A stretch of 63,761 bases of DNA, counting the filler, from Licmophora abbreviata (taxonomy: Eukaryota): assembly GCA_900291995.1 (NCBI GenBank). It is 10 parts of 10 records of this genome, joined end to end, with 100 filler letters (N's around TTAATTAATTAA, not from the genome) between each part and the next. Parts side by side here need not be neighbours in the genome. Positions count along the whole stretch, not along the records: positions 1 to 4,141 come from OLMU01003237.1; positions 4,242 to 10,466 come from OLMU01003238.1; positions 10,567 to 14,907 come from OLMU01003239.1; 7 more parts are not named here. One strand, 5' to 3'. Shown here one piece after another: positions 1 through 12,348 of the stretch. The notes beneath the pieces were generated by a model. It was not told where the DNA came from and searched no databases. It worked only from the letters and a program-made list of their open reading frames with translations. The position numbers and the translations under genes are program-made. The stretch's first letter is position 1, and the number at the start of each line of letters is the position of its first letter.

Positions 1-3000
1 ACATCGTCCTGCGAGTCAAGACGTAATAAAAGGAGCGTACCTTATGCGCCCAGCAAAGCAAGTGGCGATCCTCATCCAAGGTGAACATTTTGTCCTTACA
101 ATTGACATGCGTGAACTCCAGCTCGCGCCAAGGATTGTCGAAAAGAGACAGCATGACGCGTGTGCCAGTCTCGAGTCGGCATATCTCCTGGATTCTCTTT
201 TGACCTCGATCAATCAACTTGACCACTCGGTCAAACTCGTGTTCCGGGATACGTTTCCTCCCGATATTCTCGTCCCAGAAAGCCGAGGCGAAGTTCTCTA
301 CATCGTTGAGAGGCTTCCCGACTTCTTTAGCGATCTTTTCGAGGTTGTCCTTACCAAACTTCGCGCTACCTTTAACGAATGCGGTATAGTGCTGCCTTCC
401 CCAGGCAGAAAATCCGTTTGCCAGCAGCTCCACCTTTCGAGCCTGCTTTGCTTCGTCGAGAAGCGGTGGAAGGGGTTCAACCGCGAGTCGACCATCGGAA
501 GGTTGCTCATCGGAAGGCCTCATAGTTGCTATCTTCTGCTGCTCCTCTGGGAGACTTCTAAACGCAGTCTCCTCTTCCTCCTGTAACTGCACGAGAGCCG
601 CCCTGTCGTACATCTGCCAATCCTCCATTCTGGGAAGTCGCATTGACTTGGGCAGGCGCGTCTGCTTTTTCTTGCGCTGTTTCTTCGCGCCACCCTGCAG
701 TGCAGCGATTTGCTGGTGGTACAGAGTGTTTTCGTTATAGTTCGCCACAGTCTTCCGTTCACGCTTGCCGATGTCGAGGTCCATGGCAAACATTTCTTCC
801 TGAGCGGCTTTCGCCAAGGAATAGTCGACCCCTTCAAAGGTCTGAGCGGATATTCCTCCGTCAAGCTTGAAATCGAGAAGATCGCCTTTGTCCGCATTCC
901 TCAGCTTCTCATTCATCTCCTGTGTCTTACGCTGGCCGAAATCTAAGATCAAGTCAATATCGTCATCCGTGATGGAAGAGTCTTTCGACTTGAACACCTT
1001 GTCGGCGCCAAAGCGGACAGCATCTAAGAGCTCCCCGCTCGAAAGTTTATCCTTTTCCTTGAGACGACCTGACTGTACCACCATAGCATCGAGCTTCAAC
1101 TTCTGCTGCGCTCGTTCGACTATTTTCTCTTCGATGGTGTGTTCTGTAACGAAACGAAACACCTGGACCTGCTTCCGCTGCCCAATACGATGCGCACGGT
1201 CTTGAGCCTGGAGGTCAGCCTTAGGGAAACCCAACAACCGTGACAGACAAAACGGTATGAGGACTTTTGGTACTAATTACTAGAGCACACTCGCATTTAA
1301 AGCGACTGCTTACCTGAGGGTTCCAGTCCGAATCAAACAAAATAACGACATCTATGTAAAAAAGAAAAAGCTCAGAGGTGAGAATCGGTGATAGAATGAT
1401 ATGGCGGGCAGTTGCTCTGGTTCGGTACCTGCAGTCTGCAGATTGATTCCTAGACCACCCGCCCGTGTGCTGAGCAAAAAGATGAACTTTTCAGAGTCAG
1501 GTGCATTGTATGCGTCGATGTACTCTTCGCGAAGCTCGTAGCTAGTGTTTCCGTCGATCCGACAGTACTTGTAATGCCGATAGACAAGATAGTCTTCAAG
1601 AATATCAAGGATTCGAGTCATCTGAGTAAAAAGAAGGACTCTATGTCCACGTTCCTTCAAGCGTTTGAGCAGTTTATCAAGGAGGACCATCTTTCCGCAA
1701 TTCTCCACTAAATGCTCACCCAAGGGTGGAAGCGAACGATCTTCAATGCCAGGAAAAAGGTATGGATGGCCCGCACACTTTCGTAGCTGCATGACAATAT
1801 TGAGAATCTGGGTACGACTTCCGCCGCTGCCGCCACCACCACCACCACGAAGCACGTCAATATCTCGTAGAAGGATGTCGCGGTAGAGCTTCTTTTGCAT
1901 GGCGCTCATCCCAGTAAACAGAATTGTCTCGCGCTTTGCAGGTAGACTTTTTTCGACTTCTTTCTTCAATCTGCGGGCTCAACAACAGGCGTCGCATGCT
2001 CTGAGTACAAGGTCGAGCATACCACCGAGCCGATGGGCCACTACTCTGCTGTCGGCAACTTACCTCCGAAGCATAAAAGGCCTCAAGATCTTGTGAAGCT
2101 GCGAAATGAGCTTATTCTTTTCGTCCGCATCGTCAATGTCCAAGTTGAACCACTCATCGAATTGTTCTGAGCTGGCGAAAACGTCGGGAACAAGGAAATT
2201 TAAGAGCGCCCAAAGTTCGTGCAGGTTATTCTGGAGTGGAGTTCCAGTCAACAGCAGGCGATACCGTGTTTCAAACGATCGAATTGTCTGAGAAAACGCC
2301 GACGCTTCGTTCTTAAGACGATGAGCCTCGTCGACGACGAGGTACTCCCAAGCCAGCTTGTTCAGGACCGTTTTCTCAATGTTGCAAACTTCGTACGTTG
2401 TCACACACACGTTCCACGTGCGATTCTCGTCGCGTTGAGCAGGCTCCATTTCAGTTCGCCGAAGCTCCTCTCGCTCTTCCTTTGTGCCGTGAAACTTGAC
2501 CGCCGTAAGCGTAGGTCCCCAGCGTTTCAATTCGTTCATCCAATTGCTCAGTGTACTCTTCGGCACCACAATCAGATGCGGCCCATCTGACTCTTGAATC
2601 TCCATCATGTACACAAGAATAGAAATCGACTGTAGCGTCTTTCCAAGTCCCTGTCGAATCGATGATTGGTAGCAGAGAGAAAACCATGAGCTCAAGTCCA
2701 ATGAGCGAACATCACATGATGACACAACAAAAAAGATGTACCATTTCATCGGCGAGAATACCGTTGACACCATTCTCCTGCAAGCGAATCATCCAGTTCA
2801 ACCCTTCAAGTTGATAGTCTCGCATCTTCCCGTACCCGATGGTAGCGGGTTGAGTCGTGAGATAGGCTGCAGTGCGTTCTTCCTCCAGGTCGGCGGCATC
2901 CGCGGCTTCGGCCTCCGCAGAATTGACCTCAACAGCAGCACGACGACGAGCGCCGCCCTCCTCCCGAGGTGTGGCAATCGCTTTGGCTCCAAACTTTGTC

Positions 3001-3767
3001 TTGTCTTCCTTGACCTGCCCAAAGTGCTTGAAAATATCGCTCTGAGCGAGAAGAAAGTCGAGACGGCGCTTTGCTTGCTCTGCACGGTCCTTGCGCAAAT
3101 CTCCCTGACGCTTTGCAATATATTGCTCCTTTTCTTCCTTTTCGGCTTTCATTAGCTCTTTGCGTTCTACCATAGCTTGACTCATGGGCCGAGACGCCGT
3201 TTTCTTCTTCCTGGGCCGCTCACTATCGGAAGTATCGTCCAGAGACGACGACGACGACAATGATTCCAGATCACTGTCGTCAGATGCGCCTTCACTACCG
3301 GAGTCCGAATCGGCGTTTTCCTTTCGAGTAAGCGCTTTCTTTTCTCGTCGTTCCTTCTTCTTCTTTTGTTTTTCACGCGCTCCTCGTGTACTTCGTCGTC
3401 CAAGATCGCCATCTTTGTCGTCTAGAATTAGCTCCTGTCGTTCCTGCTGCAGCTGTCGCTGTCGTTCCAGAGCCACTACATCAGCAGCATGACTTTCCTG
3501 GGCAAAGCGCGAGGCATCCTCCCTTGCCAAGCCTTCATAATGTGCTTTCTGGGCGGTATCCAAGCTACCCCATCGGTCCCGAACGGCCCGAGAAAACTGC
3601 CCTACATCAAAGGTCCCGTGGCTCGATTGAAGTTGGGTGCGTACGTGGGGAGTAATGTCCTTTTGAAAGAGCTGGTAGGCTGATGCCGCTGGACGTATCG
3701 TCGCGTGATCTGCGGATTGGTGCTCCGGAGCAACTGCTACCCAATCGGAACGATCTTCTTTGACCAT
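1..3767 (-). CDS. ISWI: ISWI/SNF2-family chromatin-remodelling ATPase with N-terminal HMG box; multi-exon, 3' end runs off the window
   Basis: Motifs [84 protein letters not shown]. Introns at about 2651-2741, 1971-2062, 1352-1428 and 1221-1313 restore the frame. Confidence 0.95.
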
Positions 3768-4141
3768 GCTGGCGAGTTTGGGTCAAGCAAAATTTGGATG
3801 GATACAAGATAAAGATTTAATTCGAAATTGGTTTCGACGCGCAGACTTTCTTTCCCTCGTGATCCGAAATAGTTTTGCTGAAAGAAGCTTTACACAAGGA
3901 TCCTGCGGCCCACCAAATGAGAGCTCTCCGACGTTGTTCGCGCCCAAATAAGCGAGAGAGAGAGGGTAGACAAGCAATGTTGTGTTGCTGTCTCACACGT
4001 CTTGGTCACACAACAGCAACCTCATAATTTTTTCAATGATTTTTGACATGTGCAGATCTGTTCATCCAAAAGCGCGCGCTGACACGGACGAGGGAAGCAC
4101 CACATTACGATATCATTTCCAATAATAATGACGGAATAAAA

Positions 4142-4241
4142 NNNNNNNNNNNNNNNNNNNNNNNNNNNNNNNNNNNNNNNNNNNNTTAATTAATTAANNN
4201 NNNNNNNNNNNNNNNNNNNNNNNNNNNNNNNNNNNNNNNNN
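4142..4241. other. Artificial assembly gap spacer (N44-TTAATTAATTAA-N44); also at 10467-10566, 14908-15007, 22791-22890, 28594-28693, 42324-42423, 57656-57755, 61233-61332, 62468-62567
   Basis: Identical 100-bp blocks whose core gives stop codons in all six frames. Confidence 0.98.
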
Positions 4242-4593
4242 CTTTAGTATTAAACGATGTAGTAAATGATTACAAATTTTAACGTCCACTTAAGTAAAAA
4301 TACATCTTCAGTGCTATAGGAAGCAATACCAAGGTTTGAAAGCTGTGGTCGCGGTTCAAACAAATTCATCATGCGTTGAGAGACACACGGCAGTGCGAGA
4401 CGAAGAGTTGGAAGACTCTGCCCTTGTCGCATCCATTCATCTGTCCAGCCGAACGAGATCTCACAGGACTGTCTTCGAGAGCGTTGTTTGTCAGAACATT
4501 GCGCTGGACTGAAAGATTGTGCTATCATAGACGAGATTTTAGAAGAGTTCACTAGACCACGGGCCGCAAGGGATTGTATGCAGAGTCGCGATC

Positions 4594-5679
4594 ATGGGGG
4601 ACACGGTGAGCACTCTGCTGTTCCAGCCTCCGACTCCCACCAAGCTGAAGGAGCACAAGATCATATGGTTTAACACGGAGAGAGGGTCGCGTATACCAGC
4701 CTTCTACATATCCTACGAGAACAGCCGTCCGGGAGACTCGTGTAGATCACTGGCCTATGAAGAAGTGCTCAAGTCAAGACCAGCGGAAGGGGTCACGCTA
4801 CTGTACTCTCACGCTAATGCAGAAGATCTTGGAAGTATATATCCTTGGTGCAAGTTCTTGAGCAAAGTACTTCGTGTGAACCTCCTGGCATACGATTATT
4901 CCGGCTACGGCATGGCATTCGGTCTCGGTACGTAGGACTACTGCGGACGCGACGCCGACCATACCGGTGCTGCTATTGTGGCTCGATGATCGTATGCTTA
5001 CATGTTCGTTTGTTTCTTGTAACCATCGGTTGACGTAGAGAATCCTTCAGAAGAACACTGCTACAGCGATATAGACGCCGCCTACGGATTTCTCCGACAG
5101 AAGCTGAAGGTCCCCCCACAAAATATTGTCTTGTACGGACGGTCACTAGGATCGGGACCCTCATGTCATTTGGCGGCTGGCACCGCTAGTCCAGAGCGAG
5201 AAGCCGACGGCCCTGTCGGTGGCGTCATTTTACACGCTCCCTTTCTATCGGTCTACCGGATCGTGGTCGACACTGGGTGCACCATGTACGGAGACAAGTT
5301 CCCCAACGTCGACGTCGTACCGATGATCAACTCACCCACCATTCTGGTACACGGAACCTCCGACCAGGTTGTGCCATTCAGTCACTCCGAAGGACTGTTC
5401 GAAGCGCTTCCGTCACATTGTCGGGCAACGCCACTCTACATCGACGGCATGGGACACAACAATGTTCATTCTTCGGTACGGTCCTTGTTTGTCGAACACC
5501 TCGTCGAATTTCTTGACGAATACGTCCGGCCAAAAGCGAAACACCAGGGGAGCAGCGGCTCATATCGGAGAAAATCAGCCGCTCCAGAACCAGTACGAGT
5601 GAAACTATCTGGACTCAAGGGGGCGGACTTTGATACTTTGGAACGAATGCCGGAGGTTATAGCACTATCACCTTCCTGA
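4594..5679 (+). CDS. ABHD17: ABHD17-like alpha/beta hydrolase (putative protein depalmitoylase), 2 exons
   Basis: LYSHANAEDLG, YDYSGYG, nucleophile YGRSLGSGPS, VHGTSDQVVP, GMGHNN. Intron 4928-5038. N-terminal MG. Confidence 0.88.
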
Positions 5680-6037
5680 TTGCGTTACGATGACTAAACG
5701 GCCGCGCCCGTGGGGGACGCGACGCCGGCACTGACTGTAACATATGGACCATGTTTTTGAACCTCTGTGTGCAGTTTTAGTTTGTAGCTAGGCCGGTTCC
5801 TCCTTTTATGGGGGGCGACTGCTGAAGACACACAACGAGCGAGTTCACTCGTAAAACCCAAAACAGTTAGATGAGTGACATCTACTCCGATAACAGTTTA
5901 CACAGTTGGGGCGGGGTAATCTACGAAAGATCCAAATGAGAACGTACCAGTCGACCGCTTATAACGCTATGACTATAAAGTAGTTACTGCTGTAGTGGCA
6001 CTGGCACGGTATCGTATCGTAAACCATGACAGCTGCG

Positions 6038-6913
6038 TTAGTCTTCTGTTCGATGTATCGGCAACAGGCTGTCCATTCCTGGCCACGATGGCAACACTTC
6101 CGACTCGTCGTTCGCATCTCCCCCCTCTTGATCCTCATCATCCTCTTCCTTCGCATTCTTGGAGACAGAACCCGATCGTTGTCGCGTCGACTTTTCCAGA
6201 TGGTCTCCCTCTTCATTGATCATTTCCATCCAACAAGGATCCATGAGAACGGGAGCAATCGTCCGTCGGGCTGCCTGCAGTTCCATGACTCGCGTGTACA
6301 GCAGTGCATCGTGGCAAATAGGGAAAATGAAACACTGTGTCCCAATGGCAGATGTCGATCCCACGTGGGCACGACGAGATCGATTCTCCCAAAAGTCGAC
6401 ACCGGCAACACCGACCCATACGTCGGGATCTACTTTTTCTGTCGGAGCGTCGCCGCCATCGACATCCTCCTCCTTCGCGCTTGCAAGTGTCGTAGTGGTC
6501 GAAGTCGCCGACCTGACTTTCGGTTCCGGCAATGGATCGTCCCAAAAATCCTCCTTTTCTCGGCGTCGTTTTCGATTGCTCAATGATGCAGACCCAGACG
6601 ATGCCTTGGTCGGTGCAACAGGACGAGGAGGCAATGAGGGCTTTCGCTTGTCCGGAAGCGCTGGTGGTGGCAATATTCCTCCAGCACCATCCGTCAATAG
6701 ATCATGGGCATCTACGGCGGCATCTACCAATTTGGATATGTACTGAACGGTCAGTTCGGACACGAGCGCTGCTGTGTCGGGGTTGACATCAGCAGGAGGC
6801 ACGTCGCCGCTGCCGTGCATGAGCAGCGGCATGTCGGGAAGCAAGTCGTTCATTGATTCCTTGAACGCTTTCGAGCTCGACTCTGGACATGATAAGGGAA
6901 TGGGCGGGGTCAT
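6038..6913 (-). CDS. TAF13: TAF13/Spt3-like histone-fold protein (TFIID subunit 13-like) with long internal insertion
   Basis: LMHGSGD...PDTAALVSELTVQYISKLV and FIFPICHDALLYTRVMEL resemble the TAF13 blocks MYGFGD...ESVDILEDLV and IVFLIRKDPRKFARVKDL. Confidence 0.65.
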   Translation of the reverse strand: MTPPIPLSCPESSSKAFKESMNDLLPDMPLLMHGSGDVPPADVNPDTAALVSELTVQYISKLVDAAVDAHDLLTDGAGGILPPPALPDKRKPSLPPRPVAPTKASSGSASLSNRKRRREKEDFWDDPLPEPKVRSATSTTTTLASAKEEDVDGGDAPTEKVDPDVWVGVAGVDFWENRSRRAHVGSTSAIGTQCFIFPICHDALLYTRVMELQAARRTIAPVLMDPCWMEMINEEGDHLEKSTRQRSGSVSKNAKEEDDEDQEGGDANDESEVLPSWPGMDSLLPIHRTED

Positions 6914-7201
6914 GTTCGAGGGGCTCGCTCAGAGTGATGGTCCAACCGCATCATCTCAAGGTCAGAGTCAGGGTGAGATGTTTTGTGTGCGTCCTCATCA
7001 CAATCGGCGCCGGTACGGCGAAAAAACCGACTTGACTCACTCGACTTCAAAGACTCCTCGCTTCACCACGACGCGATCGACGATATTGAATATTGACCAT
7101 GACGGTCGTTGTGGGGGCGACCTGCAAGCGGAATGCGTTGGTGCCCAAACAGCTTCTTTTAAACTCATCTCAGTAGCTCGTCCCGTCCCGATCGTCCAGA
7201 C

Positions 7202-8580
7202 ATGGTAGATCGGTCGGAAGAAGAAAATCGCCCGCGAAAGAACCCAAGTTCGAATGATGAAACCAAGATACCCACACAGCATGACGACCTCACACAGCAG
7301 GGCACCTCCAAGCTACCACAGAGCGACTGGAGGCGAACGCTGGCTCTCCCGATGGATATGCTCTCTAACGTGGTGAACGAAAACATTGTGGCTGCGAGGT
7401 ATGGGATTGCAGCATCGGTGGTTCTCTTGTCGGCGTACGGAATTGCACACACGCCGCTCTTTTTTCGGTTCAATACGGTCCGTGACATACCAGGTGAGAG
7501 AACACCGAGGATGGACGAAGTCCATTCTTGAACCATACAAACTCACTCATTGCTTGCTTGATCACCCATCGTGTAACCACACAGCGTCATACTTTCAAAG
7601 TCGCCAAACGATACACTGTCGGCTCATTCGCGTCCTGGATTCAAGCCCAGAGATTTCTACCGGCCCAGGTGCGTCCAATGAGAGTATCTAGAGTTCTGCT
7701 TCCGACCATCGTACCGCCATGCTTATCTCTGGTGCCTGTTCTCTCTTAAGCAGACTCTCCCCACATCGAAAAGCCTGTTATGTGTCTCGTCCGCCACTTG
7801 TCGCCGACAGGCAGAATATTGCCGCGATCGGCATTTGATATGTTCATGAAGTCACGTCCTTCTGCAGCCACTGGCAAGAAGCTGGAAGACAGCAGGAACG
7901 AACTGCTCACAATAGAAATTGGTGAGAGCTGTGAACTTTTATTCTTTGAATCATAGCTTCATATCGAAACGACGAGACACATGACTAACGGACGGGCCCT
8001 GTGTACAGCCGGCGTCCAACAGGTGCCATTCTACAGGACTCCATCGCATACTTCAGAACAGCCTGGAGAATGGTTCCACCAACTAGCGAATCAACGAACG
8101 CGAGTATCTTGTCAATTGCTTTCTCGTCGTGCGAAGCGCAGTATCGGTGCTCCGAAGCGCCACACGCGCGGTGCATTGGCCGAGTTTCAAGACGGCGCCA
8201 GTCCTATTTTGCGGGGTGACGAGCAAACGGCAGTCTGTCGACTCCTCTGTCGGCCCGTGAGCAAACAGGTTTTTCGCAGTGACTTGGGCGAGCTACTAGT
8301 AAGACATGGGCGCGCCACTATAGCATCGGCAATGCATGTAGCAGACGATTCCCAGGTAGTGGTCGACACGAGTACAAATGTTCATGATCTCCAAGCCGAT
8401 ACACACTACATGCAACGATTGGAGCGCGCCGAATACGTGGCCGCCAAAGAATCGCGAGGCATGTGGGCTGACAGACACGTACGTGAGAATCGCACTGATC
8501 TTGTGGAGGAGATTGAATTCGAAGCGAAAGCGACGTTGGTACAGAAACTATGGAGATGGTTCCGGGAGCGTACTAGCTAG
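7202..8580 (+). CDS. C3orf33-like / staphylococcal-nuclease-like membrane-anchored protein, multi-exon
   Basis: N-terminal TM then FRFNTVRDIP. C-terminal DLGELLVRHGRA...LERAEYVAAKESRGMW is SNase-like. Probable introns near 7493-7583, 7680-7750 and 7922-8007. Confidence 0.65.
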
Positions 8581-8672
8581 TTGCAAACTTGTTGTGGTAA
8601 GCTCTCCTACTGTCATTCCTTCTCTATCACCTCCTCCACGCCACTGATCACATAATTTAATGACTTATCTGT

Positions 8673-9131
8673 CTAAGCTCCACTGGTTCCCTTGTATGAC
8701 ATGAGCCAATAGAGAAATACCATGACAAACACAACAAAGGCCACCATGTAGCACATGTGACGCGCTCCACCCGACTCGAGCATGTGTCCCATGCGTCGCA
8801 AGGATCCCGCGAGCAAGTCTCGCGTAGACGAAAATCCTTCTCCCATGTCGTCCAGTAACGAATTTTGCTCCTTGACTTCACTGTTGATGTCCATGGTCAA
8901 TCCCTTGAGTCGTGCGACTTGCTCACTGAGTTCAGAAACGCGATCATTGTTTTGCTGCTCCATGATACTCGCGTTCGTCTCTCTTGCACTCATCCCACGA
9001 CCACCGCGTCGACCAGATTCGAGATCCATGTTGCCGCTGTTGTTGGCGGAGGAGGCAGTAAAATGGCCGCTGTGGCTACTCGTGTTTCGTTCTCTGCTGC
9101 TGTTGCGTCGCTGGTGCATGGGCAGAGACAT
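8673..9131 (-). CDS. BET1: Bet1-like Qc-SNARE
   Basis: EQQNNDRVSELSEQVARLKGLTMDINSEVKEQNSLLDDM SNARE motif plus a C-terminal TM helix. Confidence 0.88.
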   Translation of the reverse strand: MSLPMHQRRNSSRERNTSSHSGHFTASSANNSGNMDLESGRRGGRGMSARETNASIMEQQNNDRVSELSEQVARLKGLTMDINSEVKEQNSLLDDMGEGFSSTRDLLAGSLRRMGHMLESGGARHMCYMVAFVVFVMVFLYWLMSYKGTSGA

Positions 9132-9590
9132 TCAACGTCACCGAGCCAACGAATCGATGTAATGACAGAGGCAATCGATCACGTGTATCCCGTGTATGCG
9201 AAAGCGGCGTTGATGCTCGAAATCAGATGAGCCACGCAGAAGGCAGAGAGAAGGCAAAGACGGCTGTGAATGGGATCGTCAATCTCTGCAATCGTCATGG
9301 TCACGCATGCGCTTGCATACGACGGAAACCCCGCACAGACAACTTTACGAGATTAGAGATTACAGATTACGAGTTTGTGATCGATGACCTCTCGGACAGC
9401 GCAACACACGGACGGCTTGGCGCGCTCTACCGCGACGTCAGCTCCACTCCAAGCGCGTCACGGGGTCGCGATGTCACAGAATGTCAGAATTGGATCGCAA
9501 CTGCAACATTGCAAACATTCAAGCTCGGTTCTCTTTGGCAGCACCCTCTGTGTGACCGGTTCTCCTGTGTTGTTCGCCTAGCAATCCACC

Positions 9591-10718
<1,128 letters not shown>

Positions 10719-11178
10719 GAATTCTCAAAAGCTTCATCTTGTTGAGTCTGTCACTCTGGAGAACCCATTTTTGGACAGACAACTCTTGTGTTGAGCTTCA
10801 CTCAAGTCACGCGGAGACACCGTGAGGAACAACGCCTGTTTTTGTACTATTATCATCAGCGATATTTCGGCCTTATTATAAGTCAGCTTTTGCCAACCCC
10901 TTCAGTAGGTAGGTAGTGAGTGCACTTTATCTACTGGAGAAGAGGCGCGAATACGTGAACCGTCAGCTTACGAGTATACATACACCAACCTTACTAGGCA
11001 GCAAATGAATGGAATCGAAGTGGTGAACACCGAAGCATGACTGCAACTTACTACTGAACGCATTCGAATTTCTTTTTCGCTAACCAGAAAGCGTAGAAAG
11101 TAGAGCATGGTATAGTACAGAGTAGAACTTCTCCCGCCATTGTACCGGAGTTACGAACTGATAAAGTTGACAAGAGGC

Positions 11179-11184
11179 AAAAAA
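11179..11184 (-). terminator. RNA polymerase III terminator (T6) of tRNA-Met
   Basis: T-run 7 nt downstream of the tRNA on the minus strand. Confidence 0.75.
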
Positions 11185-11191
11185 GAGCGTG

Positions 11192-11264
11192 TGCTTTCTG
11201 CCAGGATCGAACTGGCGACCTCTGGATTATGAGACCAACGCGCTGCCTACTGAGCCAAGAAAGC
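11192..11264 (-). tRNA. trnM-CAT: tRNA-Met(CAT), elongator type
   Basis: Reverse complement GCTTTCT-TGGCTCAGTAGGCAGCGCG-TTGGT-CTCATAA-TCCAG-AGGTC-GCCAG-TTCGATC-CTGGC-AGAAAGC-A folds to a cloverleaf. G1:C72, T54, and a U31-U39 pair indicate elongator Met. Confidence 0.95.
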
Positions 11265-11712
11265 ACGTTTACGCTACACTCAAAAAGGCACAATCAAAGT
11301 ATTTAAAGTCAATATTAATGGGCAATTTCATTTACTCGAGCATGGCGACTAGGATCGTTTCTATTAGGTAGGTGTATAGGTCTACGGTAACTCTCTCCAG
11401 CTTCATGCCAGAACAAGAGTAACGACTCCCACGAGGAAGAAGCCACTGGGGTGAAATGACAAAAAGGGAAGTGCGAGAGCCAGCAAGGACGATATTGGAT
11501 CACAGCTACGTGCAACTGCTCACGGGCAAACCCGCCGTAACCCGGATAATTCAACTTGTTGCCGAGACGCAACACGTGGAAGCTGTGGCTGATCAGATTG
11601 AAGTTCATCTCCCATCACATCAGCGTCATCGCAGTTACGGGCGTCGTTTGCTGTCTCAGTCGTTCTCCGGGGGCCTCTTGATCGAGTTTCCACTTTAATT
11701 TCATCGCCCAAC

Positions 11713-12249
11713 ATGGTTCCTTTCCTTTCGCTTGTCCTGGGGTCGCTGCTGCTGTGCTCGACGGCCGCGTTCTCGTTTGTGGCGCCATCACCCGTCATGC
11801 ACTGCGCACCGCGAAGTGCGGCCGAGCAACAACAGTCTAGTGCCAGCCCAGCGTTCACGCGAACTCGCTCCACGCAGCTGTACATGTCGGACAGGCAGCG
11901 GACTCGATCGACGAAGAAGGGGGTATCCACAATCACCAAAGACAGGACAGAAACCAAGGCGGAGGAAGATAAGAAGAAGGAAGAAATGTGGCGCGTCGTA
12001 CTCCACAACGACGAGGTGCACACCTTCCACTACGTTGTTAGAAGTCTATGCAAAGTTATTGGAACCATGGACCGAAAGGCTGCCTTCGACGTATGTGTAC
12101 AGACTCATGGTATCGGAAAAGCCACCATCACCAAGTCGTGGAAGAAACAGGCAGAGCAGTATTGTCTTGGGTTGCAAAGACAGGGACTCACAGTTAGCAT
12201 CGCACCGGACAAGGATTTCGACGGGGGGCATTCTGGAGGTAACCTATAG
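11713..12249 (+). CDS. clpS: Plastid-targeted ClpS N-degron adaptor
   Basis: Signal peptide + STAA-F and transit-like region. ClpS core MWRVVLHNDEVHTFHYVV...VQTHGIGKATI...GLTVSIAP. Confidence 0.9.
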   Translation: MVPFLSLVLGSLLLCSTAAFSFVAPSPVMHCAPRSAAEQQQSSASPAFTRTRSTQLYMSDRQRTRSTKKGVSTITKDRTETKAEEDKKKEEMWRVVLHNDEVHTFHYVVRSLCKVIGTMDRKAAFDVCVQTHGIGKATITKSWKKQAEQYCLGLQRQGLTVSIAPDKDFDGGHSGGNL

Positions 12250-12348
12250 AACGAGTTTATCTTTGCTGCACCGGACGCTCCATTACTTTGGCTAGAGAGC
12301 GTAAGAGTGCATGGTATTGCTACATACAATCCAAACATCAAGAACGAA

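Noticed and set aside
44..1205. Plus-strand ORFs (44-586, 710-946, 867-1205) and many similar shadow ORFs elsewhere
   Set aside because: Antisense or alternate frames of well-supported genes such as ISWI; no independent motifs.
4142..4241. Recurrent TTAATTAATTAA palindrome as a biological repeat or CRISPR-like element
   Set aside because: Always centred in a 100-bp N block; it is an all-frame-stop assembly linker.
9472..9477. TGTCAC/GTGACA as a shared promoter motif (also 14668, 18871, 28499, 37566, 44014, 59180)
   Set aside because: The count is about what chance gives for a hexamer in this much intergenic DNA.
11192..11264. U31-U39 mismatch suggesting a tRNA pseudogene
   Set aside because: Normal feature of eukaryotic elongator tRNA-Met; A/B boxes and terminator are intact.
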